In this document: one piece after another, positions 1 to 11,725 of the stretch
Layout of the letters: the number at the start of each line of letters is the position of its first letter
Numbering within the stretch: the stretch's first letter is position 1
DNA from: Octopus bimaculoides
Taxonomy: Eukaryota
DNA: 40,283 bases
NCBI RefSeq assembly: GCF_001194135.2
Contig: NC_068999.1
Location: 43,029,649 to 43,069,931, forward strand
Direction: 5' to 3'
Made by a program: the position numbers and the translations under genes
The notes under the pieces: model-generated
Told to the model about the DNA's origin: nothing
The model's input: only the letters and a program-made list of their open reading frames with translations
Database searches by the model: none

Positions 1-96
1 CTTAACACCTGATATGACCTGATTTACATACAAATAAAGCGGTGAGATAGCAGGATTGGAACACTGGGCAAGATGCCTTGTGATATTGCTTCCGAT

Positions 97-245
97 TCGA
101 TTAGATCGACCCCAGTACGCAACTAATACTTAATTTATCGACCCAGAAAGCATGAAAGGCTAAGTCGACCTCGGCGTAATTTGAACTCAGAACGTAAAGA
201 CAGATGAAACATCACTAAGCATTTCGCCCGGCGTGCTAACGTTTC
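97..245 (-). mobile_element. tRNA-derived SINE, family A (Meta-like central domain), partial older copy
   Basis: Seen: reverse complement carries GTTCTGAGTTCAAATT (B-box-like) followed by GAGGTCGACTTAGCCTTTCATGCTTTCTGGGTCGATAAATTAAGTA, matching many other copies in the window. The resemblance to the Meta domain is from recall, not from a search. Confidence 0.85.
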
Positions 246-482
246 TTATTTCTTTATTGCCCACGAGGGGCTAAACATAGAGGGGACAAACAAGAACAGA
301 CAAAGGAATTAAGTCGATTAGATCAACCCCAGTGCGTAACTTGTACTTAATTTATCGACCCGGAAAGGATGAACGGCAAAGTCGACCTCGGCGGAATTTG
401 AACTCAGAACGTAACGGCAGACGACATACCGGTAAGCATTTCGCCCAGCATGCTAACGTTTCTGACAGCTCCTCGCCGCCTT
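244..482 (-). mobile_element. tRNA-derived SINE, family A, near full-length copy with AAGAAAT-type tail
   Basis: Seen on minus strand: head GGCGGCGAGGAGCTGTCAGAAACGTTAGCATGCTGGGCGAAATGCTTA, B-box GAGTTCAAATTCC, central GGTCGACTTTGCCGTTCATCCTTTCCGGGTCGATAAATTAAGTAC, tail ending CAATAAAGAAATAAGAA. Confidence 0.9.
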
Positions 483-1232
483 CGATGTAACAATTGTTTC
501 AATTCACAGCCTTTCAAGAACAAGACGCAGAAACTGATATTTACATGTTTTTTTAAGATGTAAACATTAATCACTGAAGAGAAACGATGACAGAGAGGTT
601 ACCAAGTATCGAAACAGGGCTGTTGTTCTGGCTCACCGAAAAACCAACCGCAAATCCAACCACCCAGTGCTTTCTAGCTGCGTATGTAAATGCTGCAACC
701 AAAGTTCTAAGCATGTTTATTCATTGTAAACATAATCCTCGTTGGTTTCATTATATTTTTCTGTCTTCTTTTCCTCTTAATACTTCGCTGCTTCTTTTAT
801 ATATATTTTTTCTTATTTTACCTCTTACTTTGCAGCGCTTAAAGAATACTGTTGATGTGAATAGACAAATGCATTAAAATTCCACAAATTTGGCATGGTA
901 TCTGCCACGCAAAAATAAAATAAATGAATAAATAAATAAAAATCTTATAGGATGACTTGAACAGAAATTGCAAACATTTTAACCTGAGAAGTTTGATAAT
1001 TTTAGCTTTCGTTTAAAAAAAAAAAGAGGAAAAAAAAGCATGACAAAAATGCAAAAACAAAAAATACAAAATGTTCTTCAAGTTAGCTCCAAGGTCATTG
1101 TTAAACAAATAAAACGAGTAAAGACTGTCAGATCTACTTCCGCTTCCGTCGCTATTATGAACAGTATACTTATTTAATACACCATCAAACATTCGTATAC
1201 GCCTAAAACACACACAAACACACACTCATATA

Positions 1233-1409
1233 TACGAGGGGGTGCTGAAAAGTTCCTGGCTTTAAGGGTCTCGCGAAAGACCTGGTTGAAGGAGCGACCT
1301 TCCGAGTTCTTTTAAAGGGCTTAGAAAAACTGAATGACCGCTGCTATAAATGTGTGAATCTGAGAAAGGGAGACATGTTGAATAAAATCATTATTAACTG
1401 ATCATCCAC
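1233..1409 (+). mobile_element. Tc1/mariner-derived non-autonomous element, truncated by assembly gap
   Basis: Seen: TA followed by CGAGGGGGTGCTGAAAAGTTCCTGGC (mariner-like TIR). Internal LEKLNDRCYKCVNLR.G..(YVE) remnant resembles the mariner transposase C-terminus (established pattern L..RW.KC....G.YVE). The second TIR is lost in the N gap. Confidence 0.7.
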
Positions 1410-1481
1410 NNNNNNNNNNNNNNNNNNNNNNNNNNNNNNNNNNNNNNNNNNNNNNNNNNNNNNNNNNNNNNNNNNNNNNNN
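1410..1481. other. assembly gap (N run)
   Basis: Seen directly. Confidence 1.
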
Positions 1482-1552
1482 TATATATATATATATTAGA
1501 AGGTTTGGAAGTGATGTACAGGAATTATATATCAGAAAAAATAATAAGGTAC

Positions 1553-1563
1553 TCAGATAGCTG

Positions 1564-1617
<54 letters not shown>

Positions 1618-1754
1618 CAGATAGACAGATAGACAAACAGATAGACAGATAGATAGACAGATAGACAGACAGATAGACAGACAGATAGATAGATAGACAG
1701 ATAGATAGATAGATAGACAGATAGATAGATAGATAGACAGATAGATAGATAGAC

Positions 1755-1851
<97 letters not shown>
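1553..1851. repeat. (GATA)n/(GACA)n microsatellite
   Basis: Seen directly. Confidence 0.98.
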
Positions 1852-2199
1852 CATGCATTTTCTGCGTGCGTGAGTGGTTATTAAAAAAAACATTTCCAGT
1901 GTTTCGGAGTGAGAGACGCATGCTTTCTTCGCCGTTTTACCTTTGGCAGGATGACAAGTTTCCTCGCCTTGTCAACAACGATATTGACAAGTTGCAGAAA
2001 GAGGTGCAGTAGGAGTTAGCAATGACAAGAGAGAGTAGCGATGCTGGGGCAAGTGTGAAAAGCGACGTCTGTAACCGTCGGCTGCCTTCGTTGAATCTAT
2101 AATGTGTTCTGCTGGCGGTGGGGAAACAGGAAAAGTTAAACAAAGGTCACGAAGACGTTAAACCCGAGTGTCTGAGAAGTGAGAAAATACAAAGAGTGA

Positions 2200-2500
2200 T
2201 ATCAAGGCGGTGGTAGAGGAGGAGGAGGAGGAGATGGCGGCGGAGGAGGAGGAGGAAAAGTCTTAGGTGGAGAAACAAGGAGGCAGGGAAGTAGAGAGGG
2301 TGGGAAAAAAGGGAGTAGAATATAGAGGAAAAGGGGGAGGAAAGAATAAGGAGGACGAAGAAGGGTGAAGGAAAGGAGGAGAAGGAAAAGAATAAGAGGA
2401 GAGGGTGAAGAATAAGAGGAGAGCGGGAAGAAGGGGAGAGGGGGAAGGGAGAGGGAGGAGGAAGAGGTGGAAGTGAGAGAGGAAGAATAGCAGCAGCAGC
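2200..2500. repeat. polypurine (GA-rich) low-complexity tract
   Basis: Seen directly. Confidence 0.9.
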
Positions 2501-2614
2501 AGGTGAGTCCGACATTGCATGAGCAAAACAGGCCCGATGGTCACGGCCGGAGTTCCTTTGGACATATAGTCGCTCTTACCAGCAAATAGAACGGACAGAC
2601 AATCAGACAGATAG

Positions 2615-2675
<61 letters not shown>

Positions 2676-2681
<6 letters not shown>

Positions 2682-3607
2682 TGAGAGATTAGCATACAGG
2701 AGTGCATCAACAGTGAAAGAAGAAACATGGCAGAATATTTGGTAAACAACAAACGAGACCTGCTACAGTATGCTGCTAGTGAAGGAATTAACAAAAATGG
2801 AGGTGAGAGTGCTCATGAATTCCGATCAAGAACAGCCAACGAGAGAGAAGTAACCCTACCTCACATGGAATTACATGGTCAGTTCCTCCATGAAACCAAC
2901 AAATTAAAAGACCAGGAAGCATCGACAAGGGTGACCAAAGACAGAAGACTGAAATCCTAATCATCGCGGCCCAGGTCCAGGCATTGAATACCAACTCAGT
3001 GAAAAGCGATATATACCACACGAGTGCGTCAGACCTCTGAAGAATGTGTGGGAAGAGGGTGGAAAGCGTGACACACATTGTTAGTGCTTGTGAAAGTCTT
3101 GCGCAAAAAGAATACAGACGTAGACACGGCAAGGTAGCTCAAAACCTCCACTGGCTACTATGCCGTAAGTTACGGGTGTTTGGTATTAACATACACCGGA
3201 AAAGGTAATGGACGAAAAAGGGAAGGCAAAAATCCTCTGGGACTTTGATTTCCAGAGAGACAAGGTGTTAGAGAACCGAAGGTCGGATATAGTAACCTTT
3301 AAGAGGGACAAACAAGAGTGCCTAATAATCGACGTAGCAGTGCCATGAGATCAAAATATCATCATTAAAGAAAGAGAAAAGGTTGATAAATATGGAGACC
3401 CGAGAACTGAGATAGCTAAGATGTGGCAGCTACGAGAATCAAACGTAAAGGTTATTCCTATTGTCATTGGAGCATTGGGTTCAATGATACCCAATCTGAA
3501 AAAAACAAACATCCGAAACCCTAGAAATACTCTACAATATACATGTACTGTAAAAGTCGGCATTACTTGGAACTGCATGCATATTGCGTCAAGTACTTTC
3601 TGCCTGA
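2676..3607 (+). mobile_element. Degenerate non-LTR retrotransposon 3' region, R4/Dong-like (RT C-terminus, CCHC knuckle, restriction-like endonuclease)
   Basis: Manual translation across frameshifts: ISIQECINSERRNMAEYL...HGQF...TEILIIAAQVQALNTN...L*RMCGKRVESVTHIVSAC (C-x2-C-x8-H-x4-C, first Cys now TGA at 3038-3040)...EYRRRHGKVAQNLHWLLC...KILWDFDFQRDKVLENRRSDIV...CLIIDVAVP*DQNIIIKEREKVDKY...VIPIVIGALG...KSALLGTACILRQVLSA*. This motif order is typical of RLE-bearing LINEs; the R4/Dong clade call is by recall. Confidence 0.9.
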
Positions 3608-3700
3608 GATCCTTGTTGTAACTTGACAAACTGCACAAACCCCCTGTAAACACAATATCTTCAATCAACAACCTCACAATATGGTATACTGTACGACGTA

Positions 3701-3845
3701 TACTATAATAATAATAATGATGATGATGATAATAATAATAACAATAACGAGAAGTGACGATGATAATTATACTAAGAGAGATGATGATGACGATGATGGC
3801 TAGATGATGACGAACAGCAATAACAACAACAACAACAATACCAGA
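3701..3845. repeat. (TAA)/(TGA)/(CAA) trinucleotide tract downstream of the R4/Dong-like element
   Basis: Seen directly. Confidence 0.9.
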
Positions 3846-4023
3846 AGCCAAAGTATTCTAAAATTAAAATGTTTATATCATTCTCAGAAAGCCATATTTC
3901 TTAATTTATCTCTTTCGAATTATAGACGGCGCCACATTTGTGAATATTTCACATCCACTCGTCTGCCTCTGACCATCTCTGACATTTACAGGATTTGAAG
4001 AGGACTGACAACAACAGCGTTCA

Positions 4024-4026
<3 letters not shown>

Positions 4027-4067
<41 letters not shown>

Positions 4068-4079
4068 TACGTACATGCA

Positions 4080-4125
<46 letters not shown>

Positions 4126-4156
4126 CATATATAGATATATATACATACACACAAAG

Positions 4157-4193
<37 letters not shown>

Positions 4194-4209
4194 CGTATGT
4201 ATGTATATA

Positions 4210-4269
<60 letters not shown>

Positions 4270-4276
4270 TATATAT
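4027..4276. repeat. compound (CA)/(CATA)/(TA)/(TG) microsatellite
   Basis: Seen directly. Confidence 0.97.
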
Positions 4277-4332
4277 AAGCTACTAAAGCTTTCATTTTTT
4301 TATTGTCTCTGTTTATTTTCTCGTGTTCCTTT

Positions 4333-4470
4333 CTGTTGAAGAGCGTAGGCTCGAAACGTAAAAGACGTTCTCACCTTCCCGAGCGTTAAACTTATACACC
4401 TGTTTGTTGTTTACACACCTGTCCTCGTCTTTTGTGTTTTTGTCTTTGTATTTTTGTAATTCCAACTATA
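4333..4470 (+). mobile_element. Probable Penelope-like element terminal fragment with hammerhead-like motif
   Basis: Seen: CTGTTGA-A-GAGC-GTAG-GCTC-GAAAC-GT-AAAAG-AC-GTT. Established: Penelope-like elements carry minimal hammerheads with a CUGANGA...GAAAC layout. The element assignment is inference. Confidence 0.45.
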
Positions 4471-4851
4471 AATATATAAAGGGTAATGACCCACCGTCGG
4501 TTACGAATGACCATGGAATTGCACCGGGAAAGTGTCCCTCTGAGGCACAAGTCCGGACGTAACCGTCCCGTCTTTTGGTATAACCAGAGCAATTGTATAT
4601 TACATACAATATGTAAAAGATTATTTTATTTTAGAAGATGTGTGACCAAAATGCCGTACAGTGGAGACGTATTCGAAACTATATAGATACGAACTTCGTA
4701 ACCATACACCTAAGCCTGCGTCCATTATTATGTATGATATAAGATACGATCGATAACCATATTCACGGACATGAACGGGCTCAACCATGGGTTTGATCAG
4801 AAAAGACCAGCCTGATGCTAATAAATATCACCGACAATGGTAGCAGTATAT

Positions 4852-4937
4852 TTCATTATCATATTGTTACATCATATATTCATTATCATATTGTTACATC
4901 GTATATTCATTATCATATAGTAACATTCATTATCATG
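4852..4937. repeat. 27-bp minisatellite (TTCATTATCATATTGTTACATCRTATA), two full and two partial units
   Basis: Seen directly. Confidence 0.9.
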
Positions 4938-4994
4938 CTATTACGTCATGTCGCAGAATCTGTAGATCGTCAGGTAGAGTCGGTTGTGTCCCAG

Positions 4995-5125
4995 CGTTGC
5001 TTAATAATCATTTTTTCTGTTCTGAGTTCCAAAGCCTCCCAAGTCCACTTTGCTCTTTTATTCTTCTGGGAGGTGGAAACAATAAAATAAACTATTAATC
5101 AAATACTGGAATCGATTAAACTTTT
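4995..5125 (+). mobile_element. SINE family A, highly degenerate copy
   Basis: Seen: GTTCTGAGTTCCAAAG...GTCCACTTTGCTCTTTTATTC...ACTGGAATCGAT, colinear with better copies. Confidence 0.5.
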
Positions 5126-5660
5126 GGCCTTCGGCCTGTACTGGAGATTGTTATCATTCTAAATTATAAGTTTTATGACTTGATAAATTCGATGCTTGTA
5201 CAATAGTCTGTAGATGTTGTTGCATACGTTGTTGCTGTTGATCTTCTTGTCGCTGCTTGCGGCAGCAACTGTTGCCGTTTTACTTTATCTCCAGGCCAGT
5301 CCTGAACAAACAAATTTATTTCCGAAAATCTTTCCAGACGTAACCGTCCCGTCTTTTGGTATAACCAGAGCAACGTTATCCTATATGCATTGGCCGTTAT
5401 TCAGAATTTACCGTATTTGATGTAAGTGGGTACTGAGGAAAACTTGAGTGCTGTTTCGAGGTGAAGAGACAGCGCAAAGAGACATATGTGAAGAGAAAAA
5501 GGTGAAGTGACATGGGAAACCATTTTTAAGAAGCAGACTGTAATGGCACATGACTCATGATCAGACGAGCAACAATACTATAGCAGAAAAGAATGCATTA
5601 AACACACACACACACACACACACACACACTGTCTCTCTCTTTCATATATACATACAACAA

Positions 5661-5716
<56 letters not shown>

Positions 5717-5775
5717 TATGAAAACCAATGACAGCAACAGATTATATTTTGTATATATATATGTAATTGATATAT

Positions 5776-5832
5776 GGCGCTCCAGCATGGCCGCAATCAA
5801 ATGGTTGAAACAAGTAAAAGGATAAAAGAATA
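5776..5832 (+). mobile_element. SINE family B, solo 3' tail
   Basis: Seen: GGCGCTCCAGCATGGCCGCAATCAAATGGTTGAAACAAGTAAAAG matches 23450-23495. Confidence 0.85.
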
Positions 5833-5850
5833 TATGTGTCTGTGTTTAAA

Positions 5851-5881
<31 letters not shown>

Positions 5882-5967
5882 CACACATATACATATAGAC
5901 ATACATATATATATACATGCACACACATACACACACACACATACATATGAAAGGATAAATATAAGTA

Positions 5968-6003
<36 letters not shown>

Positions 6004-6168
6004 TGTATATGTCTGTTTGTGTATTTGAAAGAGAGAGAGAGAAAGACAGCGAGATGGGAGAGAGAGAAAGAGAGATGCTTATAATGTTGAATGTGCTATA
6101 GTTGGATGCGCACACTTTGGACGACAATCAGCGGGCATAAGTGTGTAAGAACAACTGTATACACACAC

Positions 6169-6213
<45 letters not shown>

Positions 6214-6299
6214 CATATAGATAGATAGATATAGACATATATTTGTATGTATATATATATATATATATATATAGATAGATAGATATAGACATATATTTG

Positions 6300-6345
<46 letters not shown>

Positions 6346-6664
6346 CGTTCTTTGTGTGTGAATATGTGTGTTTGTGAAATTAGATGGAATGAAGCAATTG
6401 TTGTGTAAGTCTCCATAGTCAACGTAAATTATCTCAATCAGTCTCCTGCTAATGAAGATTGTATATAATATATTGCTTTGCAATTATCACAGGCAGTTTT
6501 AATTTACTGACGCTGTCTGAAATTTGCATTCTTTAGCATAACTAATTAACGGTATCAATCGCATAAAGTCTCTATATATGCGACACTGTGCACTATATAT
6601 ATATACATAAGCATGTATGTATATGTATATACATTGATACATAATTATACATGCATAAACACAC

Positions 6665-6697
<33 letters not shown>

Positions 6698-7552
6698 CGT
6701 ACATACTTAAATATAGACACACACACACAGACAGATGGACATAAACACATATTTTGAATTATAAATATGTGTGCGTGTGCGCGCGCGTGTGTATGTATGT
6801 GCGTTACTCTGTAAGTATGATTGTGTATATGTATATATATATATACACACACACGTGCATACACAGATTACACACACATACATACATGCATACATACATA
6901 CATGCAAACAGTATTATACAGATATACAGAACACGTAATACATTCATCCATTGTATAGCGCATATACATCGTATTAAATAATTTAAAATTATTCACCGAG
7001 TCTCTTTGAGTCTGACTGTATGTGTACGTATGTATGCATGTATGTATGTACATTTGTATGTATGTATGTGCGTTTGTATGTATGCATGTGTGTATGTGTG
7101 TATGTATGTATGTGTATAAGTATGTAAATGCAGAAACGGTCATAGATGTATATTTATATATATTTATTATATAAACCAATGTTCAATGAAATTTGCATAA
7201 AACACTTATTTCTCGGGTTAAACTTTCTTTTAATTTTTTTTTTTTACAGTTTATGGGAAACACAAAATCGAGGAGTTTGCGTAAGTGTGTAAATGCGGGT
7301 ATGTATGTACGTGTGTTTGAATATGTGTTTGTGCACGTGTGAGTATTTTAGCAAACAGGATTTTAGCGCTAAATTATTCGTCATAAAGAGAAGAGAGAAA
7401 ACGCGTATATCAAATACTATAAACGTACTTTTGTATAGAAACACACAGACTTATTCACACGCACACACACACACGTCAGTATGCGTATATGTGTATGCAT
7501 GCGTGTGTGTATACGCATGTATACATACTTATATATAAAGTATGTTTATGCT

Positions 7553-7589
<37 letters not shown>

Positions 7590-7754
7590 TTATATACATT
7601 TATACGCACATATATATATATACATACATATATTGTGCATATATATTGCTAATATATACACACTTACATTGTATATCTATGTGTAAACACACAAACACAC
7701 ATATATCCATATATTGTATATAAATATACATATAAATATATATATATATATACT

Positions 7755-7798
<44 letters not shown>

Positions 7799-7803
7799 CT
7801 TAT

Positions 7804-8385
7804 NNNNNNNNNNNNNNNNNNNNNNNNNNNNNNNNNNNNNNNNNNNNNNNNNNNNNNNNNNNNNNNNNNNNNNNNNNNNNNNNNNNNNNNNNNNNNNNNN
7901 NNNNNNNNNNNNNNNNNNNNNNNNNNNNNNNNNNNNNNNNNNNNNNNNNNNNNNNNNNNNNNNNNNNNNNNNNNNNNNNNNNNNNNNNNNNNNNNNNNNN
8001 NNNNNNNNNNNNNNNNNNNNNNNNNNNNNNNNNNNNNNNNNNNNNNNNNNNNNNNNNNNNNNNNNNNNNNNNNNNNNNNNNNNNNNNNNNNNNNNNNNNN
8101 NNNNNNNNNNNNNNNNNNNNNNNNNNNNNNNNNNNNNNNNNNNNNNNNNNNNNNNNNNNNNNNNNNNNNNNNNNNNNNNNNNNNNNNNNNNNNNNNNNNN
8201 NNNNNNNNNNNNNNNNNNNNNNNNNNNNNNNNNNNNNNNNNNNNNNNNNNNNNNNNNNNNNNNNNNNNNNNNNNNNNNNNNNNNNNNNNNNNNNNNNNNN
8301 NNNNNNNNNNNNNNNNNNNNNNNNNNNNNNNNNNNNNNNNNNNNNNNNNNNNNNNNNNNNNNNNNNNNNNNNNNNNNNNNNNNNN
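7804..8385. other. assembly gap (N run)
   Basis: Seen directly. Confidence 1.
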
Positions 8386-8451
<66 letters not shown>

Positions 8452-9422
8452 GCGTTTGTGAGTGAGTTTGTAATTATTTCTATAGATGTAATATGTTTGT
8501 CGGATTAAATATCTGGTTTTGTAATTGTAGTTGTTGCTCTGGTGGCTGGTGCTGGCGTTGTAGTTTGATTAAAATTTCGTTAAAACTATTGAAAATATTA
8601 TTAGTTCTAATTCTTTACAATTTCCCACTTTTCAAACCCCTCGGCTATCGTAGATTTTATTCTAATTCCAGCACAATTCAATTCTTTTTAAGCAAAAATG
8701 ATATATGAAATGCATAAAATTTCACGAAACCCCACTGCAAAGTAACGAACACAACACTGAGAAAGACAGAAAAGGAGAGGGGGGAGGACAGAGATAGGAG
8801 AGGGAGAAAGATGAAGAGGGGGAGATTGGGAGAGAGAGAGAGAGGAGGAAGGGAGGAAGGAATTGGTTAGAACAATTGAATTTTCATGTGCAATGCTAGT
8901 ATGGTTCATGGTGGTTTCTGTGAACGGAGCACATGGCATTTGGAGTAATAATTCACTCAATCTATAGCAAAGTGTTTAGAAAATTAGTAGTGTGTGTGTG
9001 TGAGAGAGAGAGTGAGAGAGAGAAAGAGAGAAAATCCCGCATGAAGCAGCTTTGAATATAATATATTTGTGTAAAGCCATGTCCAACTTGTGCGGTTGTA
9101 ATCGGTTGCGACATCACATATCACAGCAAGAGCAGTCTTGCTATTACACATGCCGTGTTTTAAATGCTTAAAGCTGTTGCTACATGTGTTGTGTTATGAA
9201 CATGTATTGCTTTTACTCTGTATACCATGTTATAAATACTACTTGTCACCAAGAGGCGAGGTGGAGCTGGTGAGATTGTTAGTGCACCGGAGGACATGCT
9301 TTGCGGCATTTCATCGCACCTTCTAATTCTTTGACTGGTGGTGGCGGTGGTGGTGGCGGTGATGAAGCTTGTGATGACGATAATGGGGGATAATGTGCCT
9401 GTCGTTATAATGGCACCACAAT

Positions 9423-9720
<298 letters not shown>

Positions 9721-10353
9721 GCTGCGTCATCGTCACCAGCGTCGCCAGCATCTCGACCTTGAGAACAAAGGAGACGTTGGTCACGCCGTGATGAGGTCAG
9801 CGAGAGTGTGAGAAACAGCTCAAGTGAAAAAGGTTCAATGGCTTTTGCCACAATCCCAGATTCCAAAGAATACAATTCGGACGCTGACCTAAAGGAAACA
9901 AACTCCACCATTTCTCCATCTGACAATCATATGGTGGCCCAAAAATCCATGAGATTATTTCCGGTGAGCGTCGCATTATACAGGATTAAGAAGAATACAT
10001 CCAATGGAGAGAGAATAACGTTTCTATTCTTCTCTATAGAGAAGCTTCAAATGGTATTTGTTCAACAAGAATCTATTGTAGAATTCCTGCAAGGTTTAGG
10101 ACGGAGAGAAGTAACATGACTTGGTTAAATTAGAAGACGATGTTGCTACGCATGAATGACGTATACAGGCGTCACTTCCGTGTCATTATAATTCGACGAC
10201 ATTCTGACAATAAGTTCAAATCTGTTTCTTCTTTCTGGCTTTGGTTATTCCTTAATGCTAATAACATTGGTGAAGTCGATTCCCTGCATCACTCAAACCA
10301 ATCAATATTTTATTATATTATTTATCAATAGAGCTATTGTTCTTGTTCTTGTT

Positions 10354-10401
10354 GTATGGTGTAGTGGTTAAGAGCACGGGCTACTAATCCCAAGATTCCT
10401 G
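10354..10401 (+). mobile_element. tRNA-like SINE head fragment (A-box only)
   Basis: Seen: TGGTGTAGTGGTTAAGAGC (A-box-like, TRGYNNAGTGG); the sequence is cut off by (TAA)n before a B-box. Confidence 0.45.
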
Positions 10402-10481
10402 AATAATAATAATAATAATAACAGTAATAATAATAATGATAATGATAATAATAATAATGATAATAATAATAAGAAGAAGAA

Positions 10482-10786
10482 GAAAACGAGAAAGCAACCA
10501 TACTCTGGGATATGCCAATACACACAGATAGAGAAATTAAGGCAAATAGACCAGATATAGTTGTCAAAGATCATGAAGAAAAAAAATGCTTTCTAATTGA
10601 TGTATCAATACCAGCAGATGACAACGTTTCTCTAAAAGAAATGGAAAAACTTTCAAAATACAAAGACCTGGAAATAGAGATAACTCGAATGTGGAATCTA
10701 AAAACAGAAACAATTCCTATCATAGTAGGTGCCTTAGGTATAATAAAAAAATATTCAGACAAATACATAACAAAAACACCAGGACT
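10482..10786 (+). mobile_element. 5'-truncated R4/Dong-like LINE, uninterrupted restriction-like endonuclease domain, runs into gap
   Basis: Open frame ENEKATILWDMPIHTDREIKANRPDIVVKDHEEKKCFLIDVSIPADDNVSLKEMEKLSKYKDLEIEITRMWNLKTETIPIIVGALG, with RPD...ID...EK..KY RLE motifs. Preceded directly by (TAA)n at 10402-10472. Confidence 0.92.
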
Positions 10787-11554
10787 NNNNNNNNNNNNNN
10801 NNNNNNNNNNNNNNNNNNNNNNNNNNNNNNNNNNNNNNNNNNNNNNNNNNNNNNNNNNNNNNNNNNNNNNNNNNNNNNNNNNNNNNNNNNNNNNNNNNNN
10901 NNNNNNNNNNNNNNNNNNNNNNNNNNNNNNNNNNNNNNNNNNNNNNNNNNNNNNNNNNNNNNNNNNNNNNNNNNNNNNNNNNNNNNNNNNNNNNNNNNNN
11001 NNNNNNNNNNNNNNNNNNNNNNNNNNNNNNNNNNNNNNNNNNNNNNNNNNNNNNNNNNNNNNNNNNNNNNNNNNNNNNNNNNNNNNNNNNNNNNNNNNNN
11101 NNNNNNNNNNNNNNNNNNNNNNNNNNNNNNNNNNNNNNNNNNNNNNNNNNNNNNNNNNNNNNNNNNNNNNNNNNNNNNNNNNNNNNNNNNNNNNNNNNNN
11201 NNNNNNNNNNNNNNNNNNNNNNNNNNNNNNNNNNNNNNNNNNNNNNNNNNNNNNNNNNNNNNNNNNNNNNNNNNNNNNNNNNNNNNNNNNNNNNNNNNNN
11301 NNNNNNNNNNNNNNNNNNNNNNNNNNNNNNNNNNNNNNNNNNNNNNNNNNNNNNNNNNNNNNNNNNNNNNNNNNNNNNNNNNNNNNNNNNNNNNNNNNNN
11401 NNNNNNNNNNNNNNNNNNNNNNNNNNNNNNNNNNNNNNNNNNNNNNNNNNNNNNNNNNNNNNNNNNNNNNNNNNNNNNNNNNNNNNNNNNNNNNNNNNNN
11501 NNNNNNNNNNNNNNNNNNNNNNNNNNNNNNNNNNNNNNNNNNNNNNNNNNNNNN
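10787..11554. other. assembly gap (N run)
   Basis: Seen directly. Confidence 1.
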
Positions 11555-11663
11555 ACGGTGAAATAAACAAACAAAAAGGCTGTACAGCCAGACGTGGAGA
11601 AGAGTGTGTATATTGAACGCTGTGAAGCACGAACTGGAGAGGCGAAGAAGTGCGTGCGAAGCT

Positions 11664-11725
<62 letters not shown>

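Noticed and set aside
836-897. Strong polypyrimidine acceptor (TTTGCAG) with a possible donor at 898
   Set aside because: All three frames contain stops. A UTR or terminal exon cannot be supported without transcripts.
4852-4937. Regularly spaced repeats resembling a CRISPR array
   Set aside because: The units are contiguous without unique spacers, the context is eukaryotic and there are no cas genes; it is a minisatellite.
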